From: Basidioascus undulatus
Taxonomy: Eukaryota
Assembly (NCBI GenBank): GCA_000826855.1
Contig: JTLS01000105.1
Span: 1-55,807 of the forward strand
Reading direction: 5' to 3'
DNA length: 55,807 bases
Positions 1 through 12,571 of this stretch are shown here, one piece after another. A program made the translations under genes and the position numbers. The notes beneath the pieces were generated by a model. The model was not told the origin of the DNA. It searched no databases and saw only the letters and a list, made by a program, of their open reading frames with translations. Positions within the stretch are counted from its first letter, which is position 1. Every line of letters starts with the position of its first letter.

Positions 1-29
1 TTCCTCCCCTTCCTCTCCCTCCCGCCTTC

Positions 30-627
30 ATGTCCTCCTCCAAGCCCACGCCCGTCCGCCTGCCCCTCCGCGGCGCACATCAGCCGCCTCATGGCCAGCC
101 CGCGCCGCCGCAGAACCCGGGCGTCGACCCAGCGCGCGAGGAGGTCTTCCGCAGGCGCGCGACCCGCCGCGCAGCGGTTCCCAGCTGGTGGCAGCGCGCC
201 TCGCCAGTGCTCGGCGTGGCGCTGTCGGCATGTCAGTTGGGCAGAGGAAGGGAATGGATGGGAGGGAGAAAAGGACGCTGATAAGTGGGGGTCGGGGGGG
301 GACAGGCTCGGCTGCGTACTTCGTGCTGTGGGCGGACTTCGGGGAGAAAGAACACTGCTTCTCGCCTGTGCGTTCTGTCTTCCTTACTTCCTCTTTTCTG
401 TTTCCAACTTTCTCACAGTTTTCTTGTTCTCACCCCTGATCATCCAGATACGTCGCTGGTACGCATCGCAAGTAACCCGGTTCTGGACGCTGGACGACGC
501 CGAGCGTGAGTGGGTCGCGCCTCAGCTCGCAACGTGCGATCGGGAGGCGTTGGGGATTGGGCGGGCGGGTGCCGGTGAGGAGGCAGGGGCAGGGGCAGGC
601 GGAGGCGGAGGCGGGCGAGAAGTATAG
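30..627 (+). CDS. Small conserved fungal hypothetical protein with one predicted TM segment (3 exons)
   Basis: Exons ~30-231, 306-367 and 448-627 join through GT-AG introns to give MSSSKPTP...VLGVALSACSAAYFVLWADFGEKEHCFSPIRRWY...GREV*. The hydrophobic stretch followed by DFGEKEHCFSPIRRW resembles a small uncharacterised fungal family as I recall it. Confidence 0.7.
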
Positions 628-859
628 TAGTTGCTGATTGCTGGACTGGACAGGTGAGTTTGGCTGGCAGCGGTGGTGCAGAGGAGTGGCTGATATGTTG
701 AGAAGGGTTTCCAGGACGGAGAGGACGATAGAGCGTGGACGAGGAAGGGGAGACACTCCCTTGACATCCCATTTTTTCAGCATACAGCATGGTTTCACCT
801 CGCATGGAGCATCAGCATCAACCGCAGACCAGACCAGACAGTCGTTCTATTCCCACCCG

Positions 860-1695
860 ACGTGCTTCGTCGCCTGGTTCTCGGACTGCCTTACCTCCTC
901 CATCTCCTCCCAAACTTCGCTTTAGGACCGTCGTTAAACCAAGCCAGCTATTCCACTCCCGCTCTCCCGAATCACGCCAAGCAGCCCTCCGACTCCCTTC
1001 GCTCCAACTTCCCATCTCCGCCCTCGCACCCCCTTCCCCCTTCCCTCCACCCCCCAACGCGCACCACCCCTGCCCTCTGCGCGTCTCTCTCCCACTCACT
1101 CACTCACGGCACTCTTCCTCATCCCACTATCGCATCTACCCAGTTCAAGGCTCAACCACTCCTCACCCATCCGCTCCCGGCCGCTCGCGCACGTCGCCTT
1201 TCACGGCTCGTTCCCTGTCCATTTCTTGCTCCATTTGAGAAGCACTATCCGCGACGCGCGTGGCCTACGCACTCGCTCGCTCGGCGGCTCAGTCCCTCCT
1301 TCAGCTCACCCTTTCGTCAACCCCTCCCTCCCTGTTGGGCCCCTCTTCTCGCAGCTTCGTGCGATGCCCGCGCATCACAGCCCACCCCAAGCTCTTAACC
1401 GTTCCCTTCGTTGCTGTTCATTTCATTAACAAGTAACACACCAAACAAGTTTCTTCCCCTACCATCAGGCGCCGTGCGGGCGCAGGCACCCTCACCTCTC
1501 CAATCCCCGCCCGTATCGCGCTCCCGATTCCATAACTTGATTAGGATCAAACTTTTTTGGGTCCCGCACCTTTCGTTTTCCTCGGCCCGGTTAGTCGACC
1601 TACGCATCCTCTTCTCACTCCTGCGCGCGGAACGGCTCCGCGCAACCCTAATCCCCCGCGTTCTCGTCCGTCCGCCCTATCGGCCTACACGCTGA
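860..1695 (+). pseudogene. Possible degraded LRR/F-box-like gene fragment
   Basis: Leucine-patterned pieces (LRRLVLGLPYLLHLLPNF; HNLIRIKLFWVPHLSF...LVDLRILFSLL) lie in separate ORFs with no coherent gene model. Confidence 0.2.
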
Positions 1696-2127
1696 AGCTT
1701 ATGTGCACCCGCTCCTCGGAATTGTGGTGTTTTTACCGTATGTGTGTAAGTGGTCTCACTTCACACGCAGTCTATTCGAAAAAGCCTGCGTGACTGCCGG
1801 CCGGAAACCTGGCAATGAAGAAGGGAAGTGGTTACAGCGCACATTCACATCACTCGCTGACACAGTGTGGCCGCCTGATGTATTCGAAATTGAAATGTCT
1901 TCTTGACTTACTATACGTAAGCTATGGAAATCGACACCCGAGGAGTGTTCCCCGCATGTCAGACTGGGAGGTTCCTCACCGTGCGCGGCGACTGCACAGT
2001 CACCGCCACGCTCGCTTAACCAGTCGCGGTCTCCTCATTACTCACATTTCTGTCGCTCTTCCAATTCTGGAATTCTCCAGTCTCACTTCAATGATTATCT
2101 TACAAATCAACACTTCAACGAGTCCCG

Positions 2128-3105
2128 ATGACAGCCACGTACGAGCGCACGCGCACCAACGCCCTCCGCCGCAAAGACCGCGCGTCGTACGATACGGACT
2201 TCATCCATGGGATTGTCCGGGAGGCGAACGTTCTGCTTGTTACGTTCGTGGACGACGAGAGGCTCCCACAGATCGTTCCTATGGTCGGAGGGCTTGAGGA
2301 GACCGGGAGGCACGTTCATGGTGTGTGTTGTTTCGACAGCCCGTGAGAAACTCTAGGGTGCGAGGAAGAGGGCTGACTGTGAGGGTGAGGTGAGGTAGCT
2401 CATGCTGGGTCTCGGTTCGAGAAGTGTACTTCGGAGCGCGGTGCGCGGGTCGTAATCAGCGCGACGCTGGTTGAAGGGTACAACATCGCCCTGACGCCGT
2501 TCAACACGTTGTGAGCCTGGCATTCTTCTCGCTCCATTCCCCTTTTCACTAACTGCGAACCCTGTCTTGACAGTCTCTACTTGCGCTTCGCCATCCTGCA
2601 CTGCGAGTCCCTCCCCTTCGCGCCCGACGACGAGGCGGGTCGACTGCACGGCCTGCAGATCATGGCCGACGCTGTCGTCCCGGGCATGTGGGACGCCTCG
2701 CGCAAGCCGAACGAGCGGGAGCTCGCGCTCACTCATATTGCACGGCTGAGGATCTAGAGCGCTAGGTGAGACTGCTACTTGAAGTCAACTGGGAAAGACG
2801 GCTGCTCACTCCACTTAACGTCGACGCAGCGGGAAGCAGCGCACCCCTTACCCGCCGTCCCCGGCCAGGCCATCGTGGGGGAACTGCAAGGACGTGAGTT
2901 TCTCTTATAGACAAATTGTCCTAGGTTAAGCGGTGTTCTGAAGGCTGAACGAGATCTGAAGGACTTGGAAGACCACGACGTCATCGGTCGATACTGGACT
3001 GGTGCTGTCCCCATCTCCACACTGATTGGCGAGCCTATTCCAACAGCTGCGAACCAAGTGGCAGTCCCGCCGCACATTAGCGCGCTGGTTTCGAGCTCGA
3101 AATGA
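2128..3105 (+). pseudogene. Flavin-nucleotide-binding protein (NimA / pyridoxamine 5'-phosphate oxidase-like), disrupted
   Basis: Family-like motifs RASYDTDFIHGIV, VVISATLVEGYNIALTPFN, VPGMWDASRKP and YWTGAVP. There is an in-frame TAG at 2755-2757 in RI*SAS (expected IESAS), and a splice-phase mismatch before the last exon. Confidence 0.8.
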
Positions 3106-4278
3106 ATTTATCCGGTAGAGAACAATGTTCATTGGGTCTAGGACTCACGGGAAAGCGTGGGTTGCAAACCTGTCAGAAAACGCTCCAGTGTAGCCAGCTT
3201 CAACAACATGGTTTGGGTACGCTTGCTGCTGAGATATGAAGGGAAGGTTTACACAAATCCTTAGTTTACAATTTCCAAGATGTGCTCACATTTGACCTGA
3301 AAGTGCCAGAACATACATCTTCTGTCGCGACTGCGCGTCCATGAGACTGGCCGGTCATAGCTGGCACCATGACTGGTGTTGTTATCTTTTCCAGTCCCGC
3401 AAGGATCATGGTATAAATGCTGTAAAAGCAGGTCGTTGGACCTTTTCTCTGCCCGTCCTCCCACACCGGCCTCCTCAGCCGCAACCCGTGCACACTCAGC
3501 CAGAACTGACCTCATCACCGGCTCAATCATCTGATTCTCTATTTCGAGTCGTATCTCTGAATTAATGTCCATCAATTATGCAGCGACATCGCCCGAGACC
3601 ACATTGTGATCGTTCGTTCCCCGACGGTGCTGCGTTCACTCCATTGCCTGTTTCCGTCGATCAGCTCATCTATCAGCAGTCGATCGCTCTAACCTCCTGA
3701 TTGACTTTGACAACTCCATGCCAATGTTCATACTCGCGGAGCGTTGGAGGTTTGGCCAAAGCCTGAACTTGCCTGAACACTGCACAGTGCTCTTTCGCTG
3801 TGCGGAGGCGGCCGCCCGCCACGCAACGGATGGATTCTGACACCTTCGCCTTCGAGGGGCCGCGTCCGACACAATTACATTCGATGCAGATCATCTCTGC
3901 TAGAAATTCTAGACTCTATACATTGATCTACACATTCCTTGCGTCATCCCCACAGATCGTTATCGGAGCACGTTGTCGCACTCCCTCAGGGGCTGGGCGT
4001 CTTCTGCACTGCCCCAGTGTCGACTGGTGAAGGAAAGCGGAGTTCTGGGAACGCTGTAGTCGGGCCCGACAATTAGGCTCCAGAAGATCATCCCACCGGA
4101 ATAGCAGACGCATATTTTCCTCCCACGTTCCGGCATAGTCTTGCTCACCATGCCCGAGAAGCGTCCGCTCCGGGGAGAGGTAAAGAGCTGCGCTCACGCC
4201 TGGCGCTGTCTCGCTTCTCTCCATTCCATCGCTTACATTCATACACACTACACACCCACACGCAACCCCATAGACACA

Positions 4279-5740
4279 ATGTCCACTCCCAACATCCCCA
4301 AGACGCAGAAGGCCGCTGTCTTTTACAAGACTGGGGGGCCTGTCACCGCCGAAGTGAGTCCACAGTGGCCCGAATATGCCTTTCGCTCTGTTTGCTGACT
4401 CGCAGCTGCCGCTTTGGTAGGAAATCCCCGTCACTCAGTAGGCTTTCTGACACTTTTCAGGTTCCACAATTATTCACTCGCCCTTTCTCTTCGCAGGCCC
4501 GCTGCTTTGAAGCCCGGCGAGTGCCTCGTGAAGGTCATCTACTCCGGCGGTACGTCCTGACACCCTTGCGCCTTCCGACCGCAGCTCATGGTGATACACT
4601 CCTAGTCTGCCACATGCATGCTATGCTCGTGACTGGCCTCTGAACAACAAGCTCCCTCTTGTTGGGTACGCAGTTTTTCTTGTCCGCCGACCTCCAACCA
4701 GCTGACATGGATCGCCTTGCCAATGCAGAGGACACGAAGGTGCAGTCGTCTTTATTGTGAAGGCTCAAGATTGACCGTTACTGAACATTGGTCAATTAAC
4801 CAGGTGCCGGCTACATTGTAGCCATCGGGGAGCACTCCGACGCGGATCTCAAGGGTGAGTGCAGCAACATTCGGTCGTCTCCCACTCTACGGTTTCTTAC
4901 AGATTTCGGAATAACTTGGCGACGCCGTTGGAATTAAGTGGCTAGCCAGCTCGTGCCGGTCCGCCGAGCCTCCTCATCTTCCCTTTCACTGTATCATTTC
5001 TTATTCTTGTTCTCGCACCCGCAGCACGGTCGCAAGGGAGAAGAAGCTGTCTGTCTCAAGGCCGAGAACGCGGGCTTCAACGTGGACGGCTCCTTCCAGC
5101 AATAGGCGGTCGTGAGTTTTGTATCTGAAAGGCGTGGCTCAGAGCTCTACTAAATTTGACGTTTCGTACAGTCGTTCATCCAGCACGTCACTCCCATTCC
5201 AAAGGGGCTCTCGCTCGATGCCGCTCGCCTATGCTCTACGTGCGTCAACGAAACCTCCCATCCACAAATGCGTCCACTGACTTCTTCCTGAATAGGCCGG
5301 TGTCACTGTCTACAAGGCTCTAAAGCAGGCGAACCTGACTCCGGGTGACACCGTCGCGATCACTGGCGCCGGCGGAGGTCGTGGTCACTTCGCCATTCAG
5401 GGAATGAAAGGTTCACGGCACATTCACGCCCATAGTGCTGACACTTGCACGCCACAGTACGCTACGGCAATGGTATGCGCATCGTGGCGATAGATTTGGG
5501 GTATGTGTGTGAGGTGGTGACGCTGCTCTGAAAGCCTACTGACATCCTTGGGGTCTTAGTGAGGAGAAGCAGAAGCTTTGCTTGTCGCTCGGGGCGGAGT
5601 CTTGGAACGACTTCAAGACCGCAGGCAATGTGAGTTCCTCATGCCCGGGGCAGAAAACGTCAGTGAAGATGACCTGAGTGACCCCTTATTCCCCAACTGG
5701 AACATTGTCGAGAAATAAAGGTTGCAACGGAAGGCCGCGG
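4279..5740 (+). pseudogene. Zn-dependent medium-chain alcohol dehydrogenase (ADH1-like), degraded and 3'-truncated
   Basis: [54 protein letters not shown] and [12 protein letters not shown] are all recognisable. Lesions: deletion/frameshift in the VCHTDLH motif (~4605-4635), TAG at 5103-5105, Zn-ligand Cys to Tyr (PMLY), donor GT to GG at 5401, a frameshift near 5472, and no C-terminus. Confidence 0.9.
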
Positions 5741-6071
5741 TACGCTTTATGGTAATGCGCAAGTTTTACGTATGTACCATGCCGATGGGCTGCGAGCTTT
5801 GATAGCCATATCACAGCTTCAACAAGCACAGGTCTCCCCAAAGATCGTATCTCATCCCGCATCTTTCGAGTACGTCACTGGTTCTTTCAAAGAGGAAGGT
5901 GAAGCGTTGCTCACATTTTGAAATCGGGACGCCAGCTCAACTCTTTCCGAATAAGGATACGGGGTGCCTGCTTCACCTTTCCCCGAATCCCTTCCATGCC
6001 CATTCTTGAATGCATACGATCTTCGTCTACACGTTCGCCCAGTGCCAGGGAACCAATGAATGGTCGACTAG

Positions 6072-6961
6072 TCAGTCAGGCCCATTTGAAGCCCCCATCT
6101 CTGAGAGTCTGTCCTCCAACTCTTTTTCTCTCTTTTGTGAGGACGCAAGATCCTGCTTCTTCTGCTCTAGTTCCTCTTCTAACTCTGCGACCCTTTCCAG
6201 CGTCTCCTCATCCATGCGAGCGACTCCAGCCTGGAGTAAAGACTATCAGTATTGATCAAGTCGTCTCCATGCGGAAAAGCGTACGGCAATGCCTCCCACG
6301 AGTTTGGTTATTCGCCAAAATCGGAGAATGACGACCACGGCAGCGAGGTCGGCCTCGCGGCCCTGCAGACGCGGTCAGCAGGTCTACTGACATCTGCGAT
6401 AAGAGGAGGGTCTACCTTGAGGGAAAACTCGAGTATGGATGAGGCGATTACGATAGCTGAGTCGAGGATATGAAGACCCGAGTGCGGTGCGGTGGTGTAG
6501 TAGTCCATCCCAAGGACGAGCTCGCATCGCCTCGTGGGTTCAGTACACGATCCCCAGCCAGAGCATGATCAGGCAAAGCTCACCAATCGAAGGATTATCT
6601 CCACAACGAAGAATACTGTGATTCCCAAGGATATGTGCTGGAGGACGATGAGCCAAACGGGGTCCGCCCTGCACTCCTCAGTGCAGCGATTGACGAGCAA
6701 AAGATAGGATAGTTCCGTAATAACGAAGATGACGTCCAAGGTGACCTGTGATGTTAAACGCATGCACATTTCAAGGACCATCTCATGGACAGATGCGGCA
6801 CGCACAAGGACAAGCAGGAAGTGTTCGAAGGCGTTCGACTCCAGGCAGCGCGCGAGCTTCTGGCGCAGCGTGCTGGGGCGGCGGGACCGTCTGCTGGTGC
6901 CGGTGCGCTGGCTGTTGGAAGCGGAGAGTAATGGTGATGTGGAGGATGGTGTTGCGGACAT
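6072..6961 (-). CDS. Voltage-gated proton channel Hv1-like (stand-alone voltage-sensor domain with C-terminal coiled coil)
   Basis: Spliced product has S1 with the selectivity Asp (LVTLDVIFV), S2 FVVEI, S3 ILDSAIV, S4 VVILRFWRITKLVGG and a heptad tail (LERVAELEEELEQKKQDL...ELEDRL). No S5-S6 pore. Stop TGA at 6072-6074. Confidence 0.85.
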
Positions 6962-7597
6962 CACTTCATGATGAACGAAAGCCATGAAGTCGATCCAATA
7001 GGCAGAAACCAGGTTGGTTCGCAGAGGCGCAGGGGCGCTCTTTTCGCTCAGAGTTTGAGCTCGCCGTCGAGGACGTTCGATGACACTATACGATGCTCTA
7101 CTGGCCCTTATAAGACTCAGGCACGGCAGGTAAAGCTGTCTCGTACATCGCAATCCAAGGTACCAAGGTACCTAATGGTGCGCTCCGCCATGTTCCCCTA
7201 GCGGTACCGCGTTGTCGACAAGGAAGGATAAAGGAGTTGCTCTTAGGGAAAAACTGTGCAGCGTACAGACACGCCGCAGCCGAGCCCAAGCCACGTCGCT
7301 TTGACAACGACAATGAATGCCATGCAATGCAGTGGGGGCAATTCTATGCAGCGGGGGGTAGGTAGGATAAAAAAGACTGGAAGGGATTACAGAACAGCCA
7401 TCGCAGGCGTTGATACAGCTGAAAGCAATAGCGAGAATAAGCAGAGCGAAAGCGATAAGGCGGGGTGGGGTGGGGTAACGGATTCGGTTTCCGGGGGTAG
7501 GATGATGATGCGAAGAAATAAGTAAGAGCATTATACACCTGAACACAAATACAAAGCGAAAAAGAGCGAGAAAGAAAAAAGGCCACCCATCCGCTCC

Positions 7598-10500
7598 TCA
7601 CGTCGTCCCCCCACCGCCAGCTTCCTTGCCCTCCTTGTCGTCCTTGACGCTCCCGGCGGGACTGTCGCTCAGGACCGCCTGGCCCGCGCAGTTCGTCCGG
7701 CGGTGGCCGGAGCTGAGCGTCGTGCCGACAGTGGGGTACAGCGCGCGGCGCTCGTCCGTAAGCGGCTTTTCGCGCTCCGTCTCTGCCGGGTGGGGCTCGG
7801 CAAAGCGAATCGACTGCGGCGAGACCCCGGCGCTGTTGCCATTGCCATTGGAGGAGTTGGTGGAGGACTGGCGGGACGGGGGCGCGAGGTAATTCGGGTC
7901 CGTGTCGATCGGAGGGGGGCATGGATGTTGGTCGGACGGCGGTTGTTCTTGAGATGAGGAAGAAGGGGCGGCGGCTGAGGAGGATGCGAGAGCGGGGGCG
8001 GCGGAGGAGGAGGGGGAAGCGGAGGGATCGTTGTCGGGTCGGACGGGTGCGCCGTCTGCGGACACGGTCGCCACCGCGCCCGCGGAGCCCACGCGCTTCC
8101 CGAGCTTGTGCCCGAACAGCTTGCGGCGTATGGATTCGTGCCGGCCCGGCCGCGAGGAGACGTAGACGACGCGGGGCGATTTGCTCGACGACCTGCTCTG
8201 GCTCCTCTGTCGGGACGGTTGAGGCGTCGACGAGCCCGCCTCGCTCGCTTCGCCCTCGCCCTCGCCCTCTCGCCCCTCCTCCCGCTCTCCCGCGCGCGGA
8301 GAGATCTTCTTCAGCTCGGCCGTCTCGTGCTTGAGCGTGTCCTTCTCGTGCGACAGATCGCTCATGATCTCCTCCGCCAGGTTGGACGCGACCTGCTGGC
8401 GGCCCTGCGGGCTCTTGTTCCGCGGTATCGCGTTCTTGAAGACCGTCACATCGGGCTGGTGTGCGCCACGTCGTCCCTCGCATCAGCAAACCGTCAAGAG
8501 CAACGCCGTGGAAGACGAGAAGACTCACGTCTCCACCGGACTCGTCCTGCTTCTCAATGACGAGCGAGCTGCCCTCCACTGCATCACCGCAAAGCGCGTC
8601 AGCCAGCGTCCAATCGTCCTTTCCCCGCTCCAGATCAAGCGACCCTTTTACTCACCCCAAGCCTGCGTCTTCGTCGAGTCGCCGCTGCTCCCCGGCGTAC
8701 CGTCGTTATCGTCCGAAACCGTGATCTCGGGCGTCTCGGACAAGCTACTCTCCGCCTCCTCCTCCGGGCTTCCCTCCCTCCTCGCCCTTCCCCGTTCCTG
8801 CCGCGCCGCAGCCTTCTCTTTCTCCATGTCCGTCTCCACCATCACGCGCTTCTCCTGCTCCTTCCCACCGTCGCCGCCGCCAGACACGGGCTCGGTGCGC
8901 GTGCGCGACGAGTCGCTGCCTTCCGTGGAGGAAGACTCGACCGTCTTGACGCGGCCGCCCTCGCCCCGCTCGAGGTCCACCTCGTCCCGGTTGATGACGA
9001 TGTCCTCGCCCGGGGTCACATGCCGGATGCGGTGCATCCAGTCGTTGTTTCCCTGCACCCCACCCCGCCCGCGTTTTCCGGTCAACATTGTCTGCAAAGC
9101 GCGGAGGTGCCGAGTGCCAGCTATGCAAACGCACAGATGCAGAAGGGTTCCGCGAGAATGTCCTCGAGATCGACGTGGTCTGGCGGATGGTGTGCACGCG
9201 CCGTCCAAGCGAGAAAAAGGGGATCGAGAGACCGTCTGTTGTCCAACGCCTCCAAAGTCAGTACCCACTTGAAATCAAAACAGCCAACACTGCGCGTCAA
9301 AACGCACGGATCAGCACCGAGACGAGCACGAGGAACGACACGACGGGCTTGATGTGCATCGCGACGACCTCCGCCTGGTTCTGCGGCTCGCCCTCGACGT
9401 GCGGCAGCTTGCTCGCCGCAAGAGTGGAGATGAAGATGGCGCCGACGCCGATCGGCTGTCACCCGTCCCTCATCCATCAGTCCGTGGTCCGGAGTTCGCA
9501 AATGATGCGGGGCAGAACGCACCCCGAAATGACCGGCGAACAGCGCCTCCCTGAATGTCTTGATATCGGGGATCCAGCGGTAGAGGGCGAGGATGACAGG
9601 CAAGCGGCGGAGGATGAGAATGCAGAGCGCGAGGACGACGAGCTTCCACGACTTGAGGCCGAGGGCCTCGTCGTTGAAGGCGTCGAAGGGGACGAGTGCG
9701 CCGCTGTGCGATGGGGATGAGGTCGAGTCAGCAGTGCTCCAGCGTGGGAAGACTTTGAGAGGACGCGGTGTCACTCGTACATGTAACTGCGCGATACAGC
9801 AGAGCACATTAGCAGCCGCGGGGTACGATGAAGAGCAAGTGACCAAGAACGCACATGAACGCCGCGCAGTTGAAAAGCAAGTCGATGACGTTCGAGAAGT
9901 GTGACTCCTCAGTCGCCTTGTTGAAGAACCCATCCCAAGCAAACGCCGTGCCACACGAGAACGCCGCAAGAAGATCGTCGCTCCCGAGGAGGGTGGTCAC
10001 TCCGATGCTGAGCAGCGCGAGCCTGTCCGAGCGCGGAATCGTCAGCTTCCTCTCTCTTTCTGAGACCTCCCCCTCCTCTTTCTTCTAGACGCACGAGACG
10101 TATTGCGCAACAAAAGACTGTCGGTCGATCCAGCCCTTGCTCTCCGAGTAGCGCATGATCTTGCGCGCCGCGTAGCCGAGCACCACGCCGAGGACGATCC
10201 CGAGCGTGACTTCGTAGAGCCATGTGACTGTTTTACACAAATTTTATCTTAGCGTGCAGGATCAGCACCGAAGGTGAATGTGGATGACGCACCAAGGATC
10301 CAGTGTTCCACCGCGTACGGGACGTCCGAGGGCGAGAGGAGCAGGTAGATGCCGATATAAAGGAAAGGGAATGCCGCGCCTGGTCATCCGCCCACTTTGT
10401 CAGCCCCGGCCCCTCGGATTCTCGCGCTGAAAGAAAGAGGGAGGAGACCCACCATCGTTGCAGCCCGACTCGGCGGTGAGGAGGTGTCGCAAGTGGCTCG

Positions 10501-11464
10501 GGACGTGCTTGTTGGCGAAGCGACCACCTACGACAGCGGCGGCGAGAATCTGATCGTCTCGGTATCAGCGGCGACTGGAGGGCGAGAATGGAAGGAAAGG
10601 ACGAGAGGGGACGCACGGGATCGGTGGGCGTGACGGTCGCAGCGATGGTCAGCGCGCCGATAAAGTTGAGGTTCTCGATGAGGCCGTACATGAGCGCGGC
10701 GGAGACGACCCAGCCCCAGCACATGACGGGCAGGAGGAGCATCGCAATCGACTTCCAGTGGCGCTTCATGTACGCCTGTACCGCACACCACACCCCCGCA
10801 TTTCCCCCAGTCAGCCTTGCCTTCTTCCCTTGCGCCACGGAAGGAAGGAGAAGGGCAGGTAGGAGGACGCACCCGAGGCAATTCGACCCCAATGGCAAAC
10901 ACGCCGAGCGCAATAACCACACGCGTAATCTCAAGCGTGATATCGTCCTGGACGTCCTCGCTCGCCTCCCGCCCGCGCGACGCGCCCCAGTGGCGCGGGT
11001 CGAAGATCCCTGCGCAGTAAGGGCCGCTGCATTCCCCGTCCATTTCCGCTTCTCGTAAGTAAGTCGGCACTGTAAAGGGAGAGGGTGGGTCGGCGCACAT
11101 GATGATTCCGAATATGGTGGCTGTGGCATGGGGAGGGGGGTGAGAGGGCTGGGCATGGGGAGGGAGGGATAGGAAAGACGCACAGACGACGGCTTCACCA
11201 ATGTACAGCTTCTCCTTGATTAACATGGAGAACATCATGAACTGCCCGTCCCCCGCCCAGCCGCATCGCGTATCAGCAGCCGCCCGCACTTCTGTTCCTT
11301 CACGTAGAACATGAACGCACGAGTACGACGAAGCCTGCCCCGCCCCGCCCGCACAGGGTCAGTCTCACCAAACGGCATGGGATAGGATGGGGACGGAGGG
11401 ACGCACCGCCCAAGAGCGTGTACCCCAGATGGACGGGCGTCACTTCGAACGGGTGGAACGCCAT
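7598..11464 (-). CDS. NHA1: Plasma-membrane Na+(K+)/H+ antiporter, CPA1 Nha1/Sod2/Cnh1 family
   Basis: [15 protein letters not shown] start, [47 protein letters not shown] and [12 protein letters not shown] motifs, then a long low-complexity C-tail. Many introns, including a ~14-nt micro-exon near 11321-11334. Confidence 0.93.
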
Positions 11465-12571
11465 GCTGGGCAGCACCTAGTGGCAGGTGCGTCAAAGCTG
11501 TGGGTGTGGTATGGTTCTGTGTGTCCGCCCGCGATGCACCGTCCAGTCAGTCCGCGATCGTGGATGTGGACAGCAGGATTGCGGTCTGCCAAGACCCATT
11601 GCGTCCCGCAGCTTCTCCTCCAGCCCCTGACGGACCGCCCGCTGTTGGGGCAGCTTCTAGGGCGTGTGTGCCCGGAGTGGGGAGGACCTACGATGCCGTT
11701 TCCTGGAGTCTAGGATGTCCGAATCCTATGTGTGCAGACTCTGTTCCGTGTTCCTCCCTCAAGCAGCCCAGGCGGGCGAGACCAGGTCGTGATCGGTGTC
11801 GTGTAGTCAGGTCGCGGAGGGGGCTGTGGTCCACTGGACTTCGAGTGCGCGTATCGGAAGTCGCCGACGCGGAGGAAACGATTAGGCGTGAAGAGTAGAG
11901 CAATGGCCCGATAGAGGAGGCCAAGGTATGTGGTGGTTCAAAGGAGAGAGAAGCATTGAGAGAGGCAGGCGGCAAGTGTGAGCGAGAGCGAGCGCCGGAA
12001 TCTTGGCGCACCGAACTTAGAAATGGGCGTATCGTATGTTGCTTACTATCGCGCTGTGCTGTTGCGGCACTGCGGCAGCTTCGCGTATAAAACCAGGGTG
12101 TCGATAATCAACTGTCATTATTGATCGTGAGCCCAAGGAGGTTGTTGGAAAGAAGCACAGCTCGGCAGAGGGAACGCTGCAATTGAAAGTGTTTGTTAGT
12201 CTTGTGTCGACGGCAATATTGAACAGCTTTGAAGGCTCGAAATGCATCCGTTGATAAGCCAGGCGAGGCGGCTCGTGAGAGGCACGTCTTCATTTCTAGC
12301 TCTCGCCTTCTTCGCTCGCACAGAGCACAACGCTCGACCACTGAGGAAGATGCAGCGCCTAGAGTCTTGTGATTGATCCGTGACAGGACTCGAGGAAGAG
12401 TACCAGCACAACCGTGCAACCAATAGCGGTTGCACCATTACCTAGCCTACTGCTCATCCTCGGCTGCCTAACGTCATCAGCGCCAGCTCAAACATAACCG
12501 ACGTCCTTGTTCCCTCAAATTCCCTCAAACACCCATCTCAGTCCTCACCCTCATCATTTCCAACAGCGAGG

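Noticed and set aside
7344..10223. Long overlapping or antisense ORFs (e.g. 7344-8579, 8331-9272, 9088-9720) and similar ones across the window
   Set aside because: Shadow ORFs expected from GC-rich coding DNA. Many begin at GTG/TTG, and the NHA1 exons already explain the region.
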